Below, in pieces: positions 54,201 to 63,503 of a stretch of 64,000 nt of DNA (positions are counted from its first letter, which is position 1; each line of letters begins with the position of its first letter). The DNA comes from Oligoflexia bacterium. GTDB taxonomy: Bacteria > Bdellovibrionota > UBA1018. A model generated the notes under the pieces. That model was given only the letters and a program-made list of their open reading frames with translations, had not been told where the DNA came from and ran no database searches. The stretch is taken from positions 14,966 through 78,965 of the forward strand of contig JACMQW010000064.1 in assembly GCA_014376785.1 (NCBI GenBank), in the 5' to 3' direction. The translations under genes were made by a program, and so were the position numbers.

Positions 54201-54872
54201 GTGACCTCGAATGATTTTTTACTCATCGGCCTGCTCGTTTTCTTAGAAGGAATTCTTTCCGTCGACAACGCGCTCGTCTTGGCAGTGCTCGCAAAACCCC
54301 TGCCGAAGGCGCAAAGACAGAAGGCGTTAACCTACGGACTCATCGGCGCTTTCGCTTTCCGCCTCATCGCACTGTCTCTCGTGGTTTTTTTAGTTAAATG
54401 GACATGGATCAAATTTGTCGGAGGTGGGTACCTTCTCTACATCTCGATTAAACACCTCTTCTTCCGAGCATCCGAAGACGAATCCCTAAAAAAGCCAGCA
54501 GAGACCAACTTTTGGAAGGTGGTTGTTGCCATCGAACTCACCGATATTGCGTTCGCACTGGACTCGATCCTCGCCGGCGTTGCTTTGACGAATAAACTCT
54601 GGGTAGTTTTTACCGGCGGCATTCTCGGAATTGTAATGATGAGATTCGCAGCTTCCGCTTTCATCAGCATTATCGAAAAATTTCCTCAGTTAGAAAAAAC
54701 CGCCTACCTTTTAGTCCTCATCATCGGCTTCAAAGTTGTTTTAGAGGGGTTCGCTCTCGAATCGGTGAATTTCCATTCCCCTTCTAATCCGGCTTTCTGG
54801 ATTTTCTGGAGTCTGATGGTGGCAAGTATCGGTTACGGATTCATCAAACGAGTTCCTAAAACTAAAATCTAG
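54201..54872 (+). CDS. TerC/Alx-family membrane protein
   Basis: LEGILSVDNALV, IELTDIAFALDSI, GIVMMRF. Confidence 0.9.
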   Translation: MTSNDFLLIGLLVFLEGILSVDNALVLAVLAKPLPKAQRQKALTYGLIGAFAFRLIALSLVVFLVKWTWIKFVGGGYLLYISIKHLFFRASEDESLKKPAETNFWKVVVAIELTDIAFALDSILAGVALTNKLWVVFTGGILGIVMMRFAASAFISIIEKFPQLEKTAYLLVLIIGFKVVLEGFALESVNFHSPSNPAFWIFWSLMVASIGYGFIKRVPKTKI

Positions 54873-54896
54873 AGTTCGCCCGGACGTTGCCGATAG
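54870..54896 (+). promoter_or_regulatory. sigma28 (FliA)-like promoter candidate
   Basis: TAGAG-N14-GCCGATAG, canonical spacing. Confidence 0.5.
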
Positions 54897-54950
54897 GAAA
54901 AGGTGCAGCTAAAAGCTCAAACTCAATTCCGCCAAACAACTGACGCCTGC

Positions 54951-55343
54951 TTACTGGGACTTTTCGTCTTTTACATGGGCCAACGACGCTTCTTCCAAAC
55001 GGGCAAGCAGGTCGTCCGCACCGAAAGGCTTTACGAGGTAGCTCGAGACTCCGGCACGTCTCGCCTCTTCGATTTGGCTCGGGTCGTTGTTCGACGTCAT
55101 CATCACCACCGGAAGATCTCGAGTCGCAGGAACTGCACGGATTTGCCTCAGGAATTCGATTCCACTTTTACCGGGCAAGTTCCAGTCTGCCAAAATAATG
55201 GCGATCGGATAGTTACCCATCAAGCTCAAAGCCATTTCAGTGTTCTCTGCTTCGAGAACATCTCGAAAGCCGAGATCATTCAGCATTCCCGTAACGATCA
55301 TGCGCATCGTCGGCGTGTCATCCATCACCAGGATTCTTTTCAT
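54951..55343 (-). CDS. CheY-like single-domain response regulator
   Basis: ILVMDD, ADWNLP, LPVVMMT, YLVKPF. Confidence 0.9.
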   Translation of the reverse strand: MKRILVMDDTPTMRMIVTGMLNDLGFRDVLEAENTEMALSLMGNYPIAIILADWNLPGKSGIEFLRQIRAVPATRDLPVVMMTSNNDPSQIEEARRAGVSSYLVKPFGADDLLARLEEASLAHVKDEKSQ

Positions 55344-55369
55344 CCTATTCAGAATATCAGAGGCCTTCG

Positions 55370-57709
55370 ATGAAGTCGAAGCTTTGGCTTCTCCAACTTC
55401 CAATCCTCGTGATCTTTACGGCTGCGTTCCTCATTTATTCCGCAGGCATCCAAGGGAAGCTTCAGAATGACCTGCTGAGGGAGCGCGTTTTTCCAAGATT
55501 ACTCTCCCTGGCCGGCCAGCACACAAACTTGAAGTTCGAGCTTCGCGGACCAAGCGTACCGAAAAATAAAATACTCATTGCGGAAATTGATAATGATTCC
55601 ATTGAAGAATACGGGCGGTGGCCTTGGCACCGAGACCGCACTGCAGCGCTCGTCCAAAGTTTGTTCGATAGTGGTGCGAAATTTGTCGCGTTGGACATTA
55701 CTTTTTCAGAGCCCGACCACCGGGTATCCGAGGAACTCGCGAAATTTCTTAAACCAAAAATAGGTGTGAAGGAGCTCGATGCGTTCGAGACAGATCACCA
55801 GCTCGAAACAGTCATCACCTTTAATTCGGGACGAACGATTCTCGGTTGGTTTAACGGCGTAGAATGCCAGCCCGCGTTCCGGGGTTTGAATCTCGAAGAT
55901 TGCCCGGTGGAAGCCGCCACCCAAACACCCATCTCGAAAACGCTTGGAAAATTTGCACTCAGAGACAGCGCCGTCCTCCCCCCGGCAGCGCTCGCACAAT
56001 CGCCCCTGGTTTTTGTTCCGACCTCACTAGAGAATCTAGCCAGTTACAGCCATGCCGCTGAACATGCAGGCTATCTGAACGCCGACCCCGATGCGGATGG
56101 ATATATCCGTCGAACCCGTCTGGCCGTAGTCGGTCGAGATGGCCGCTTCTACCCGTCACTCGCCCTCGCAACGGCTGCTGCGGTGTTAGGTGAAGATATT
56201 TCAGTGAAGCTGTCACCTCGTCACACCATTCAGGAACTTTCGTTCAAAAATTCGGGTAGAAAAATCCCCCTCAGTCCGCTGGGAATGATGGATATTAATT
56301 TTCGAGGTCCCGCGAATTCCTTTCAGTACGTGAAAGCGCGCGAACTGATGTCCGGGGAGGACCTCATTCGAATCGAAGTCGATCACGCCATAAAAACCGT
56401 CTCGAAAAAAGAACTCTTTCGGAACTCCATTGTTTTCGTCGGGCTGACGGCTCTGGGCGTGTTTGACATGCGGGCGTTCCCCTTTGATTCGAATACAGCC
56501 GGAGTCGAAGGACATGCGAACATTCTCGATAACCTGCTCGCCGACGATATGCTTCGGACTGCCCCAGGCTCCCTGGGAATCATCGGCATCCTGCTACTCA
56601 TGACAGTGGGTGCCGCAGCTTTCGGCTTTTACGTCGGAAAGCTAGAGTCCGTTCCAGCGCTCATTTTCTTTCTCGTGATCATGATGGCAGGATTTTTCAT
56701 CGACCAAAAAATTCTTTTCAAAGCAAATTACAACCAGAACACGTCACTTTTGATGATCGAACTCACAGCCCTTTTTATTTTCACCTTTGCGTTTAAGTAC
56801 ATTCTCGAAGAAAAAAATAAAAAGTTCATTCGCGGCGCATTCGCCAAATATGTATCTCCGAGCATCATCGATTCGATCATGAAAGATCCAAGCAAATTGT
56901 CGGTGGGAGGCGTTAAACGTGATTTGACCATCGTCTTTTCCGACATTCGAAGTTTTACCTCTTTTTCCGAAAAAATGGATGCGAAAGACCTATCGACTTT
57001 TTTAAACGACTACCTCGGACGCATGACGGATATCGTGTTTGAAACCGAAGGAACGCTCGATAAATACATCGGAGACGCGGTCATGGCTTTTTGGGGTGCG
57101 CCGCTCGATCAACCGAAACATGCAACCAACGCCTGTAAGGCCGCAATTCTGATGCAGCAAACCCTGCGCAAGGACCGTCCCTATTTCAAAGAAAAATACG
57201 GAGTCGACGTCACTATAGGGATCGGAATCAATTCAGGGCCCGTATCCGTCGGCAACATGGGCTCTGAGCGAATATTCGAATACACGGTGATCGGGGATCA
57301 CGTAAATCTAGCCTCCAGACTTGAGGGACTCACCAAGGAATACCACGCTCCCATTTTAACAACGCGATTTACGTTCGATATCATCGAGAGCTCTGGAGAA
57401 ATTCTTCCTCCCCACCGCGTTTTAGATTTTGTAAAAGTGAAGGGAAAGAAAATCGCAGTCGAGCTGATTCAAATCCTCGATCGTGAAATTTCCGCAGTTA
57501 CTTTGAAAAAGTTTAGCGATGCACGCGCCCTCTACACGCAGCGAGAGTGGGATTCAGCGATGAGAGAATTTGAAATCTGCGCAAATGAACTTTCAGAAAA
57601 CGGAGTTCCAGACGCGATGTCGTTGGAATTTATCACTCGATGTAAAAACTTCAAGATGAGTCCTCCCCCACCAGACTGGGACGGATCATGGACGATGCTA
57701 ACGAAATAG
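55370..57709 (+). CDS. CHASE2-domain class III adenylate cyclase
   Basis: GRWPWHR, D.DG.IRR, GVE.HA, three TM helices, FSDIRSFT, DKYIGDAVM, YTVIGD.VNLASRLEG. Confidence 0.93.
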   Translation: MKSKLWLLQLPILVIFTAAFLIYSAGIQGKLQNDLLRERVFPRLLSLAGQHTNLKFELRGPSVPKNKILIAEIDNDSIEEYGRWPWHRDRTAALVQSLFDSGAKFVALDITFSEPDHRVSEELAKFLKPKIGVKELDAFETDHQLETVITFNSGRTILGWFNGVECQPAFRGLNLEDCPVEAATQTPISKTLGKFALRDSAVLPPAALAQSPLVFVPTSLENLASYSHAAEHAGYLNADPDADGYIRRTRLAVVGRDGRFYPSLALATAAAVLGEDISVKLSPRHTIQELSFKNSGRKIPLSPLGMMDINFRGPANSFQYVKARELMSGEDLIRIEVDHAIKTVSKKELFRNSIVFVGLTALGVFDMRAFPFDSNTAGVEGHANILDNLLADDMLRTAPGSLGIIGILLLMTVGAAAFGFYVGKLESVPALIFFLVIMMAGFFIDQKILFKANYNQNTSLLMIELTALFIFTFAFKYILEEKNKKFIRGAFAKYVSPSIIDSIMKDPSKLSVGGVKRDLTIVFSDIRSFTSFSEKMDAKDLSTFLNDYLGRMTDIVFETEGTLDKYIGDAVMAFWGAPLDQPKHATNACKAAILMQQTLRKDRPYFKEKYGVDVTIGIGINSGPVSVGNMGSERIFEYTVIGDHVNLASRLEGLTKEYHAPILTTRFTFDIIESSGEILPPHRVLDFVKVKGKKIAVELIQILDREISAVTLKKFSDARALYTQREWDSAMREFEICANELSENGVPDAMSLEFITRCKNFKMSPPPPDWDGSWTMLTK

Positions 57710-58771
57710 GTGAACGGAATGACGTTAAATTCAGGCTCAAAAAGAATGATGAAAGGAGACATTCTCTTTAAGGAGGGAGACGTCTCCAACGCCATGTACC
57801 TGATTCGAAGCGGCAGCATTCGTATCTTCAAGCGGAAAGGCGACTCCCAAATCGAGATCGACATTTTAAGGTCCGGCCAAATTCTAGGGGAAATGGCATT
57901 TTTAGATGGAAACGCCCGTTCTGCTTCAGCTGAGGCGATGGCCGACACGGAACTCGTCGAAATTTCAAAATCTGTTTTTGATTCCACGATGGTGAAGGTG
58001 CCCGAGTGGGTGAAAATTTTACTGAAAGCAGTCGTCGCAAGATTAAGATCCACTACGACTAAAGTTAAGAATTTGGAAACAGCGTCAGGCGATATGAATT
58101 ACTCGGAGGGGAAACGAAATTTTTCGTTCATCTCTAGCCATGATGCTTTGAAAATCGGGACAGCGTCTCTCCTGGTGGCCTCCTTAAAATCGAATGCTAG
58201 CGGGGAGCGCGAGGCAGTGCGTATTTCTGGTATTGAAAAGTACGCAAATCAAGTCATGGGTGTTCCGCTCGCAAAAGTATCAGGTTTTATAGATATTTTG
58301 ATAGAGGTGGGCGTTTTTCAGAAAACAAACGATGAAAAGAAATTAGCGCCGAAAGATGTGGAACTTTTAGAATTATTTTTACAGCACGTTTGCGATGAAA
58401 ATTTGCTCGACCCGACGAAACGTCATGATTTAAATCTGCGCGGTTTTGCCGTGATGAATTACGTCGCGAAACATGTCGGCGAATTTCCAAAAGACGCTGA
58501 GAGCGGCCGTGCAGAAGTGAATGTCGCTGCCATAAAGAAAGTAGAATCAGAGGCAGCCGGCCGCGAGGTCTTCCGTATGGAGGAGTTTGATGAGCTCGTT
58601 AAGATCGGTTACGGAACCGCAATTAAAGTGATCTCAACAGAATTGCAGACGAGCTCCATCCACGTCGAACCCTTCCAACGCGCGCATCGAGTCCAACAGA
58701 TTCTGAAATTGATCGAAACGATGAACGATGACAAGCAGAAGGCGGCGCTTGGTTATCGACCTATTCAGTAA
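57710..58771 (+). CDS. Cyclic-nucleotide-binding domain protein
   Basis: LFKEGD, MYLI.SG, GEMAFLDGNARSASA phosphate-binding cassette; start could be ATG 57719. Confidence 0.85.
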   Translation: MNGMTLNSGSKRMMKGDILFKEGDVSNAMYLIRSGSIRIFKRKGDSQIEIDILRSGQILGEMAFLDGNARSASAEAMADTELVEISKSVFDSTMVKVPEWVKILLKAVVARLRSTTTKVKNLETASGDMNYSEGKRNFSFISSHDALKIGTASLLVASLKSNASGEREAVRISGIEKYANQVMGVPLAKVSGFIDILIEVGVFQKTNDEKKLAPKDVELLELFLQHVCDENLLDPTKRHDLNLRGFAVMNYVAKHVGEFPKDAESGRAEVNVAAIKKVESEAAGREVFRMEEFDELVKIGYGTAIKVISTELQTSSIHVEPFQRAHRVQQILKLIETMNDDKQKAALGYRPIQ

Positions 58772-59510
58772 CCGTGGCGCTTGCACCAGGAGCTTTCACG
58801 ACGACGAAATCAGCTATGCGACGCTCTTTTCGAAAAGCTTTGCCGGCTTTCTCAGCGTCCTTAATCGACTCGAACTGACCCACAAAAAGTCTGAACCATT
58901 TACCTTTACCGGTAAGGTCGACTTCGTGGATCTCCGCTCGCAAGCCGTTTTCATTTAATTTAACGAGTTCGGGTTCGGCATCTCTCAAAGTCGGATACGA
59001 TCCGACCTGAAGAGTGTATCCGCCGCTCGCAAGCCGAGTTACAGCAACTTTTACCCGGTTAGGACTTAGTTTCTGAGCGATCGGCGCAGTTGCTTCATTT
59101 GCAGGTGCACCGACTTCGGGACCATCCGACTTTTTACGTACTTTTTCCGGAAGTGCGACTTGGCGCGCTTTATCGATCTGCATGCCGGTTTTGGCGATTT
59201 CGTCTCGGAGACTTTGATCGAGGGTCTCATCTACCGCGCCCGGAATATTCTTCACCTCGGCCGAAACCTCTTGTCGATTTGGAGCGCCTTCGGCCGCAAC
59301 ACCGACTGGCTCTGGAGCGGTAGTCTCTCCCGCGACTTCGGCCGCTTTCGGAATGACTTGTTTCCCGAGATGGACTCCTAGCGTGAAGGCAAAAAGAGCA
59401 ACCCCCACCCCGAGCAGGATGAGAATGCCAACTTCTTTTCGATCATAAATGAACAAACGCCTTCTTTGGTCCACTGCTCCACTCCGTTCCTTGATCCTAG
59501 CGGGGAGCAA
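58761..59510 (-). CDS. SPOR-domain membrane-anchored protein
   Basis: N-terminal TM helix, linker, YTLQVGSY...WFRLFVG.F....A. Confidence 0.85.
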   Translation of the reverse strand: MLPARIKERSGAVDQRRRLFIYDRKEVGILILLGVGVALFAFTLGVHLGKQVIPKAAEVAGETTAPEPVGVAAEGAPNRQEVSAEVKNIPGAVDETLDQSLRDEIAKTGMQIDKARQVALPEKVRKKSDGPEVGAPANEATAPIAQKLSPNRVKVAVTRLASGGYTLQVGSYPTLRDAEPELVKLNENGLRAEIHEVDLTGKGKWFRLFVGQFESIKDAEKAGKAFRKERRIADFVVVKAPGASATVTE

Positions 59511-59652
59511 TAAACAAAGTCAATTCGTTCGGGTCCTGAATTGAGCCATCCCGACCGGCATCGCTCGGATGCGGACGATCGCCCCGGCTTTAAAAGTGGG
59601 ATCAGGTGGCCCAATTCTTTCAAAGAGGGTCACAAGAAAGCAGGGAGGAATT

Positions 59653-59838
59653 ATGAAAATTAAGAGCTTATCAAATGATGAAAGTGGACAGGGACTCACC
59701 GAATATTTGGTCCTTCTCATCCTCATTTCAGTCGCCAGCATCACCATCGTCACTCAGATCGGGGGTGCAATCGAAAACAGATTCAAAGCCGCAAAGGAAA
59801 AGATTCAGTCAATTTCCGTAAATCCGGGAAATTCGTGA
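59653..59838 (+). CDS. flp: Flp-type (type IVb/Tad) major pilin
   Basis: GGGAGG RBS; 61 aa with G|QGLTEY prepilin motif and hydrophobic helix. Confidence 0.88.
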   Translation: MKIKSLSNDESGQGLTEYLVLLILISVASITIVTQIGGAIENRFKAAKEKIQSISVNPGNS

Positions 59839-60164
59839 TTTGGAACGAACGGGGACAAACCCTCACAGAATTTATCCTCGCCCTTCCATTGATGACGATG
59901 GCAGTGGGCGGGATGTTTTGGCTGCTTCATTTCTCGTTTATTCGGACGGAGTGTACACGGGCCGTTTTCGAGGCCGTCCACCGTGCGCGCGAGCAGTCCG
60001 GGGATTTGCGTGAGAGTTTTCGAATGCGTTCAGCCGTTTTGCTGATGCATACCGATGAGGGAATAGAGGGTAGCAAACGATGCGGAACACACACCGAAAA
60101 ACTTTTCTTACCCTTTTTTGGAAAGAGGAATGCGGGAGCGTTACTATCCCCTTTCTCGTCCTAA
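59835..60164 (+). CDS. TadE-like minor pilin
   Basis: ERG|QTLTEF.LALP motif; GTGA overlap with flp. Confidence 0.78.
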   Translation: MIWNERGQTLTEFILALPLMTMAVGGMFWLLHFSFIRTECTRAVFEAVHRAREQSGDLRESFRMRSAVLLMHTDEGIEGSKRCGTHTEKLFLPFFGKRNAGALLSPFSS

Positions 60165-60694
60165 GCGTGATCCTAGCCACGAGTGCAATCAGCGCGATCG
60201 GCTACGCCGTCATGTGGAAATCGAAGATGAATCTCCAGTTGCGGCTGGATTCTTGTGCCGAAAGGACCGCTCTAGAATTGATCAAACTCCAAAACCTGAT
60301 TGAAGCCGCAAATGCGCGGATGAAAATCGAACGGGCCACTGCGGCGGCACTAGCAGTTCCTTCCGGAGGTTCTTCGCTCAAAGTGGCCCAAGCAACCTTA
60401 CTGGCGGAGAAAATGATCCAAGATGGATTCAGGAACGGATGGAAGATTCGCGAGGCAAGTTGGATTCTGAAGCGAGGCTGTTCAGGACTAAACGATTCGT
60501 TTCTCCCCCTTCCGAAAATGAAATGGTGGAGGCCACCCGATGATCCGATCGGGCCGCTGCCGTTGGAATGGTCGGGCGGAAAAGACCTCACCGTTCGCAT
60601 CTGGCATTCAAACCGCGCCGTCCAAGTATTAGTAAACTCGTCCCGGAAAGGACTCCATGAAAAGTGGGTTGGGAAATACGTCCCGTTCTTTTGA
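60080..60694 (+). CDS. TadG-like pilus accessory protein
   Basis: ECG|SVTI hydrophobic segment followed by K..LQ..LD.CA; context. Confidence 0.6.
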   Translation: MRNTHRKTFLTLFWKEECGSVTIPFLVLSVILATSAISAIGYAVMWKSKMNLQLRLDSCAERTALELIKLQNLIEAANARMKIERATAAALAVPSGGSSLKVAQATLLAEKMIQDGFRNGWKIREASWILKRGCSGLNDSFLPLPKMKWWRPPDDPIGPLPLEWSGGKDLTVRIWHSNRAVQVLVNSSRKGLHEKWVGKYVPFF

Positions 60695-60854
60695 ACAAGG
60701 CCAGGCACTCATAGAGGTAATCTTATGGAGCACTCTTTTCGTATTTTCGGCGATCGCATTCACCAAGCTCTCGAATCTCGAGTACCGTTCCTATCGGCGA
60801 AGTTTAGAGCACTACGAATCCCGCGCTGGGCATTTCTCACCTGCCTCGCCCTAA
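60657..60854 (+). CDS. Small pilin-like protein
   Basis: EQG|QALIEV plus hydrophobic helix; overlaps the previous gene. Confidence 0.62.
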   Translation: MKSGLGNTSRSFEQGQALIEVILWSTLFVFSAIAFTKLSNLEYRSYRRSLEHYESRAGHFSPASP

Positions 60855-61297
60855 TCGGGACCCTCTTCGCCCACCAGCAAAGTCAGGCGGAAGGGCGCAT
60901 CCACTGGCTCAGGGAAAACGCACCATCCGCTGCGACTTGGCAATCCATCCTTTTTCGCCGTGGATTTTCACTCATCGAAGATCCCGCTTGGAGAGAAAAA
61001 GCAGTTGCGGAAATGCCTGAAAATTCACGTTGGAAGGCCACTTCTCTGATCTCTGAAGATCGATACTGGGTCGCGCTGAAAACTTCTGGAGAGTGGGCTT
61101 ACTTCCGGCGCGGTGGAACGGGGACGACGAAATTTGGGGGCCAGGTGGTGAAACGTGAACTCTGGGAAGACCTCGGGGTCGGTTGGGCGGGCATCGCACG
61201 AATCGATCAGATGGACCTGCCGGACATCCATTTACCCAGATCCACGGAGCCAAATCCCGCGATTTCCTGGCGGGATTCTCGAAGCATCGAATTTTAG
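60725..61297 (+). CDS. Hypothetical exported protein (start uncertain)
   Basis: Internal signal-like stretch WAFLTCLALIGTLFA; Trp-rich; fills the gap before the PfkB gene. Confidence 0.5.
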   Translation: MEHSFRIFGDRIHQALESRVPFLSAKFRALRIPRWAFLTCLALIGTLFAHQQSQAEGRIHWLRENAPSAATWQSILFRRGFSLIEDPAWREKAVAEMPENSRWKATSLISEDRYWVALKTSGEWAYFRRGGTGTTKFGGQVVKRELWEDLGVGWAGIARIDQMDLPDIHLPRSTEPNPAISWRDSRSIEF

Positions 61298-61347
61298 CGA
61301 GAGACGAAGGTTGACAGGGTGCGCTCCGGCAGTGGATATCCTTACGC

Positions 61348-62292
61348 GTGAAAACACCCTCTACGATTCTGACCGTTGGTTCCATGGCTTTCGATTCCAT
61401 CCAGACGCCCGCCGGAAAGGCGGATAAAGTTTTGGGAGGATCGGTGAACTACTTCTCGGTAGCAGCGTCCTTCTACGCTCCGGTCCAGGTTCTTGGCGTG
61501 GTCGGCAACGATTTTCCGCAGGCGCACATCGATTGGCTGTCTCAACGAAAAATCGACACGACCGGCGTGCAAATCGTTTCCGGTGAAACTTTCCACTGGG
61601 TCGGTTCGTACGACACGAATCTTAATGAAGCAAAAACGCTCTCCACTGCTTTGAATGTCTTCGAACATTTTGATCCCCGGTTATCTGAAAAGCACCGCGA
61701 TGCAGAGATCGTTTTCTTGGCAAACATCGATCCCGTGCTGCAAACCAGCGTATTGAATCAGGTGAAGAGCCCCCAATTGGTCGCCGCCGATTCGATGAAT
61801 TTTTGGATTATGGGGAAACCCGATGCGCTGAAAGAAACCCTCAAGCGGGTGGATATTCTTTCGATTAACGAGACTGAAGCCTTTTTGCTTTCCGGCGAAA
61901 AAAATCTACATAAAGCCATCGTTGCCATCCGAAAAATGGGGCCATCCGTGGTTGTGGTAAAACGCGGAGAATACGGCGCGATGCTTTTCACTCCGGAAAG
62001 TATCTTTATCGCCCCCGCATTTCCGGTGGACCAAGTCATCGATCCGACCGGCGCAGGGGATAGTTTTGCTGGTGCTTTCATTGGCTACCTGGCCGAAAAC
62101 GGTGCATCACGCGATATGGCTAAAAAAGATCCGGCCGCATGGAATAAACTCCTTCGCCGCGCTGTGGTTGCAGGCTGCACGATGGCAAGCTTTACCGTTC
62201 AAGACTTCTCGTTGCATCGCCTGATGCGCTTGGAAGCACCGGAGCTTGCAAAGCGTCAGGCTGAATTGCTCGAAATGATTTCTATCGGCTAA
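61348..62292 (+). CDS. PfkB-family carbohydrate/nucleoside kinase
   Basis: GS.AFD, GG, GVVG.D, NE.EA, DPTGAGDSFAG. Confidence 0.92.
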   Translation: MKTPSTILTVGSMAFDSIQTPAGKADKVLGGSVNYFSVAASFYAPVQVLGVVGNDFPQAHIDWLSQRKIDTTGVQIVSGETFHWVGSYDTNLNEAKTLSTALNVFEHFDPRLSEKHRDAEIVFLANIDPVLQTSVLNQVKSPQLVAADSMNFWIMGKPDALKETLKRVDILSINETEAFLLSGEKNLHKAIVAIRKMGPSVVVVKRGEYGAMLFTPESIFIAPAFPVDQVIDPTGAGDSFAGAFIGYLAENGASRDMAKKDPAAWNKLLRRAVVAGCTMASFTVQDFSLHRLMRLEAPELAKRQAELLEMISIG

Positions 62293-62363
62293 ACTTGGGA
62301 GGAAACCATTCCCTCGAATCTGATCGCTGAGAGCATTTGAGCCCGGCTGCTTACTCCTGCCAA

Positions 62364-63503
62364 CTACCGCGCAGGATAGACAGAATCTACGCCCGCAAGA
62401 AACTCGCGCTGGAAACGGGTCTTCGAAAAGTCTGCCGCGCGCTTGCGGCAAGCTTGCTCCGTAATTTTCGCGTGACCCTGTTCTATTTTCAGAACAGCAT
62501 TTACTACGGCGTCCACGGTCTGTTCGCCGAAAAAAACTCCGGTATCTTTCGTGACAGTTTCTCGGGCGCCGCCCGCGTCGATTGCGATCACGGGAGCGCC
62601 CGCGGCCATCGCCTCAAGAGGAGTAATCCCGAAGTCTTCAATACCAGGAAACACCAAAGCACGGCATTCAGAGAGAAGCCGATTCACTTCTTCGTTTGAG
62701 GGGTGAGGGATTAATTCGATCTTTGTGTTTTGGACCAGGTAACGAATTTTTTCTACCTCCTGTCCGCCGCCCGCGATAACCAGCGGCAATTGGAGTCGGC
62801 GAAAGGCCTCGATGGCCAAATCGATTCTCTTGTAAGGAGCGAATGCGCCGAAAACGAGGTAAAAACTTTTCGGGTCGCGTGGCTTCGAAAAACGCGCGAA
62901 GTCTACAAAGGGATTGACGACTTTTGCTTCACGCCCCCAAAACTCCAAAATACGATCCGCAATAAACCGGGAATTCGAAAGCACCAAATCGATATTCTCA
63001 CGAGAGCTCGTGCGACGATCCCATTTCTGGAGCTTTCCACGCAATACGCCCGCCGCGATCCGGACCGCAAGCGAAGCTCGGCCTGCTCCGAAGTAATCAT
63101 TGAATCGATCCCAAACGTATCGCATCGGCGCGTGAACATAAGCGACATGCACGGCTCCTGCAGGCTTCCGGATTCCTTTCGCCACACAATGGGACGATGA
63201 AATAATCAAATCGAATCCTCGGAGATCGAAGGATTCAATAAACTTCGGCATCAGTGGAAGAAAGTGCCTGTACCGTGCGACCGCTCCGGGAATGGTCTGC
63301 ATTCGGGAGGTGTGAATGACATGCCTCTTAATTTTTTCCGAAATTTTCGCTGGCTCACACACCAACGTAAAAATTTCTGCCTGCGGGTAGAGTTCTAAAA
63401 TCGCTTCCAGTACGGCTTCCCCTCCCCGCATTCCGTTTAGCCAGTCATGCACCACCGCAACACGTGCAGCTTTCTCATTTTTCATTGGATAGGGGCTACT
63501 CAA
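62364..63503 (-). CDS. GT4 glycosyltransferase
   Basis: VHDWL..MRGGE.V, ISSSHCVAK, YKR.DL, EDFGI.PLEAMA.G.PV. Confidence 0.92.
   Translation of the reverse strand: MSSPYPMKNEKAARVAVVHDWLNGMRGGEAVLEAILELYPQAEIFTLVCEPAKISEKIKRHVIHTSRMQTIPGAVARYRHFLPLMPKFIESFDLRGFDLIISSSHCVAKGIRKPAGAVHVAYVHAPMRYVWDRFNDYFGAGRASLAVRIAAGVLRGKLQKWDRRTSSRENIDLVLSNSRFIADRILEFWGREAKVVNPFVDFARFSKPRDPKSFYLVFGAFAPYKRIDLAIEAFRRLQLPLVIAGGGQEVEKIRYLVQNTKIELIPHPSNEEVNRLLSECRALVFPGIEDFGITPLEAMAAGAPVIAIDAGGARETVTKDTGVFFGEQTVDAVVNAVLKIEQGHAKITEQACRKRAADFSKTRFQREFLAGVDSVYPAR

Noticed and set aside
59607-59622. sigma54 promoter before flp (TGGCCCAATTCTTTCA)
   Set aside because: The -12 position reads TC rather than GC; too weak to call
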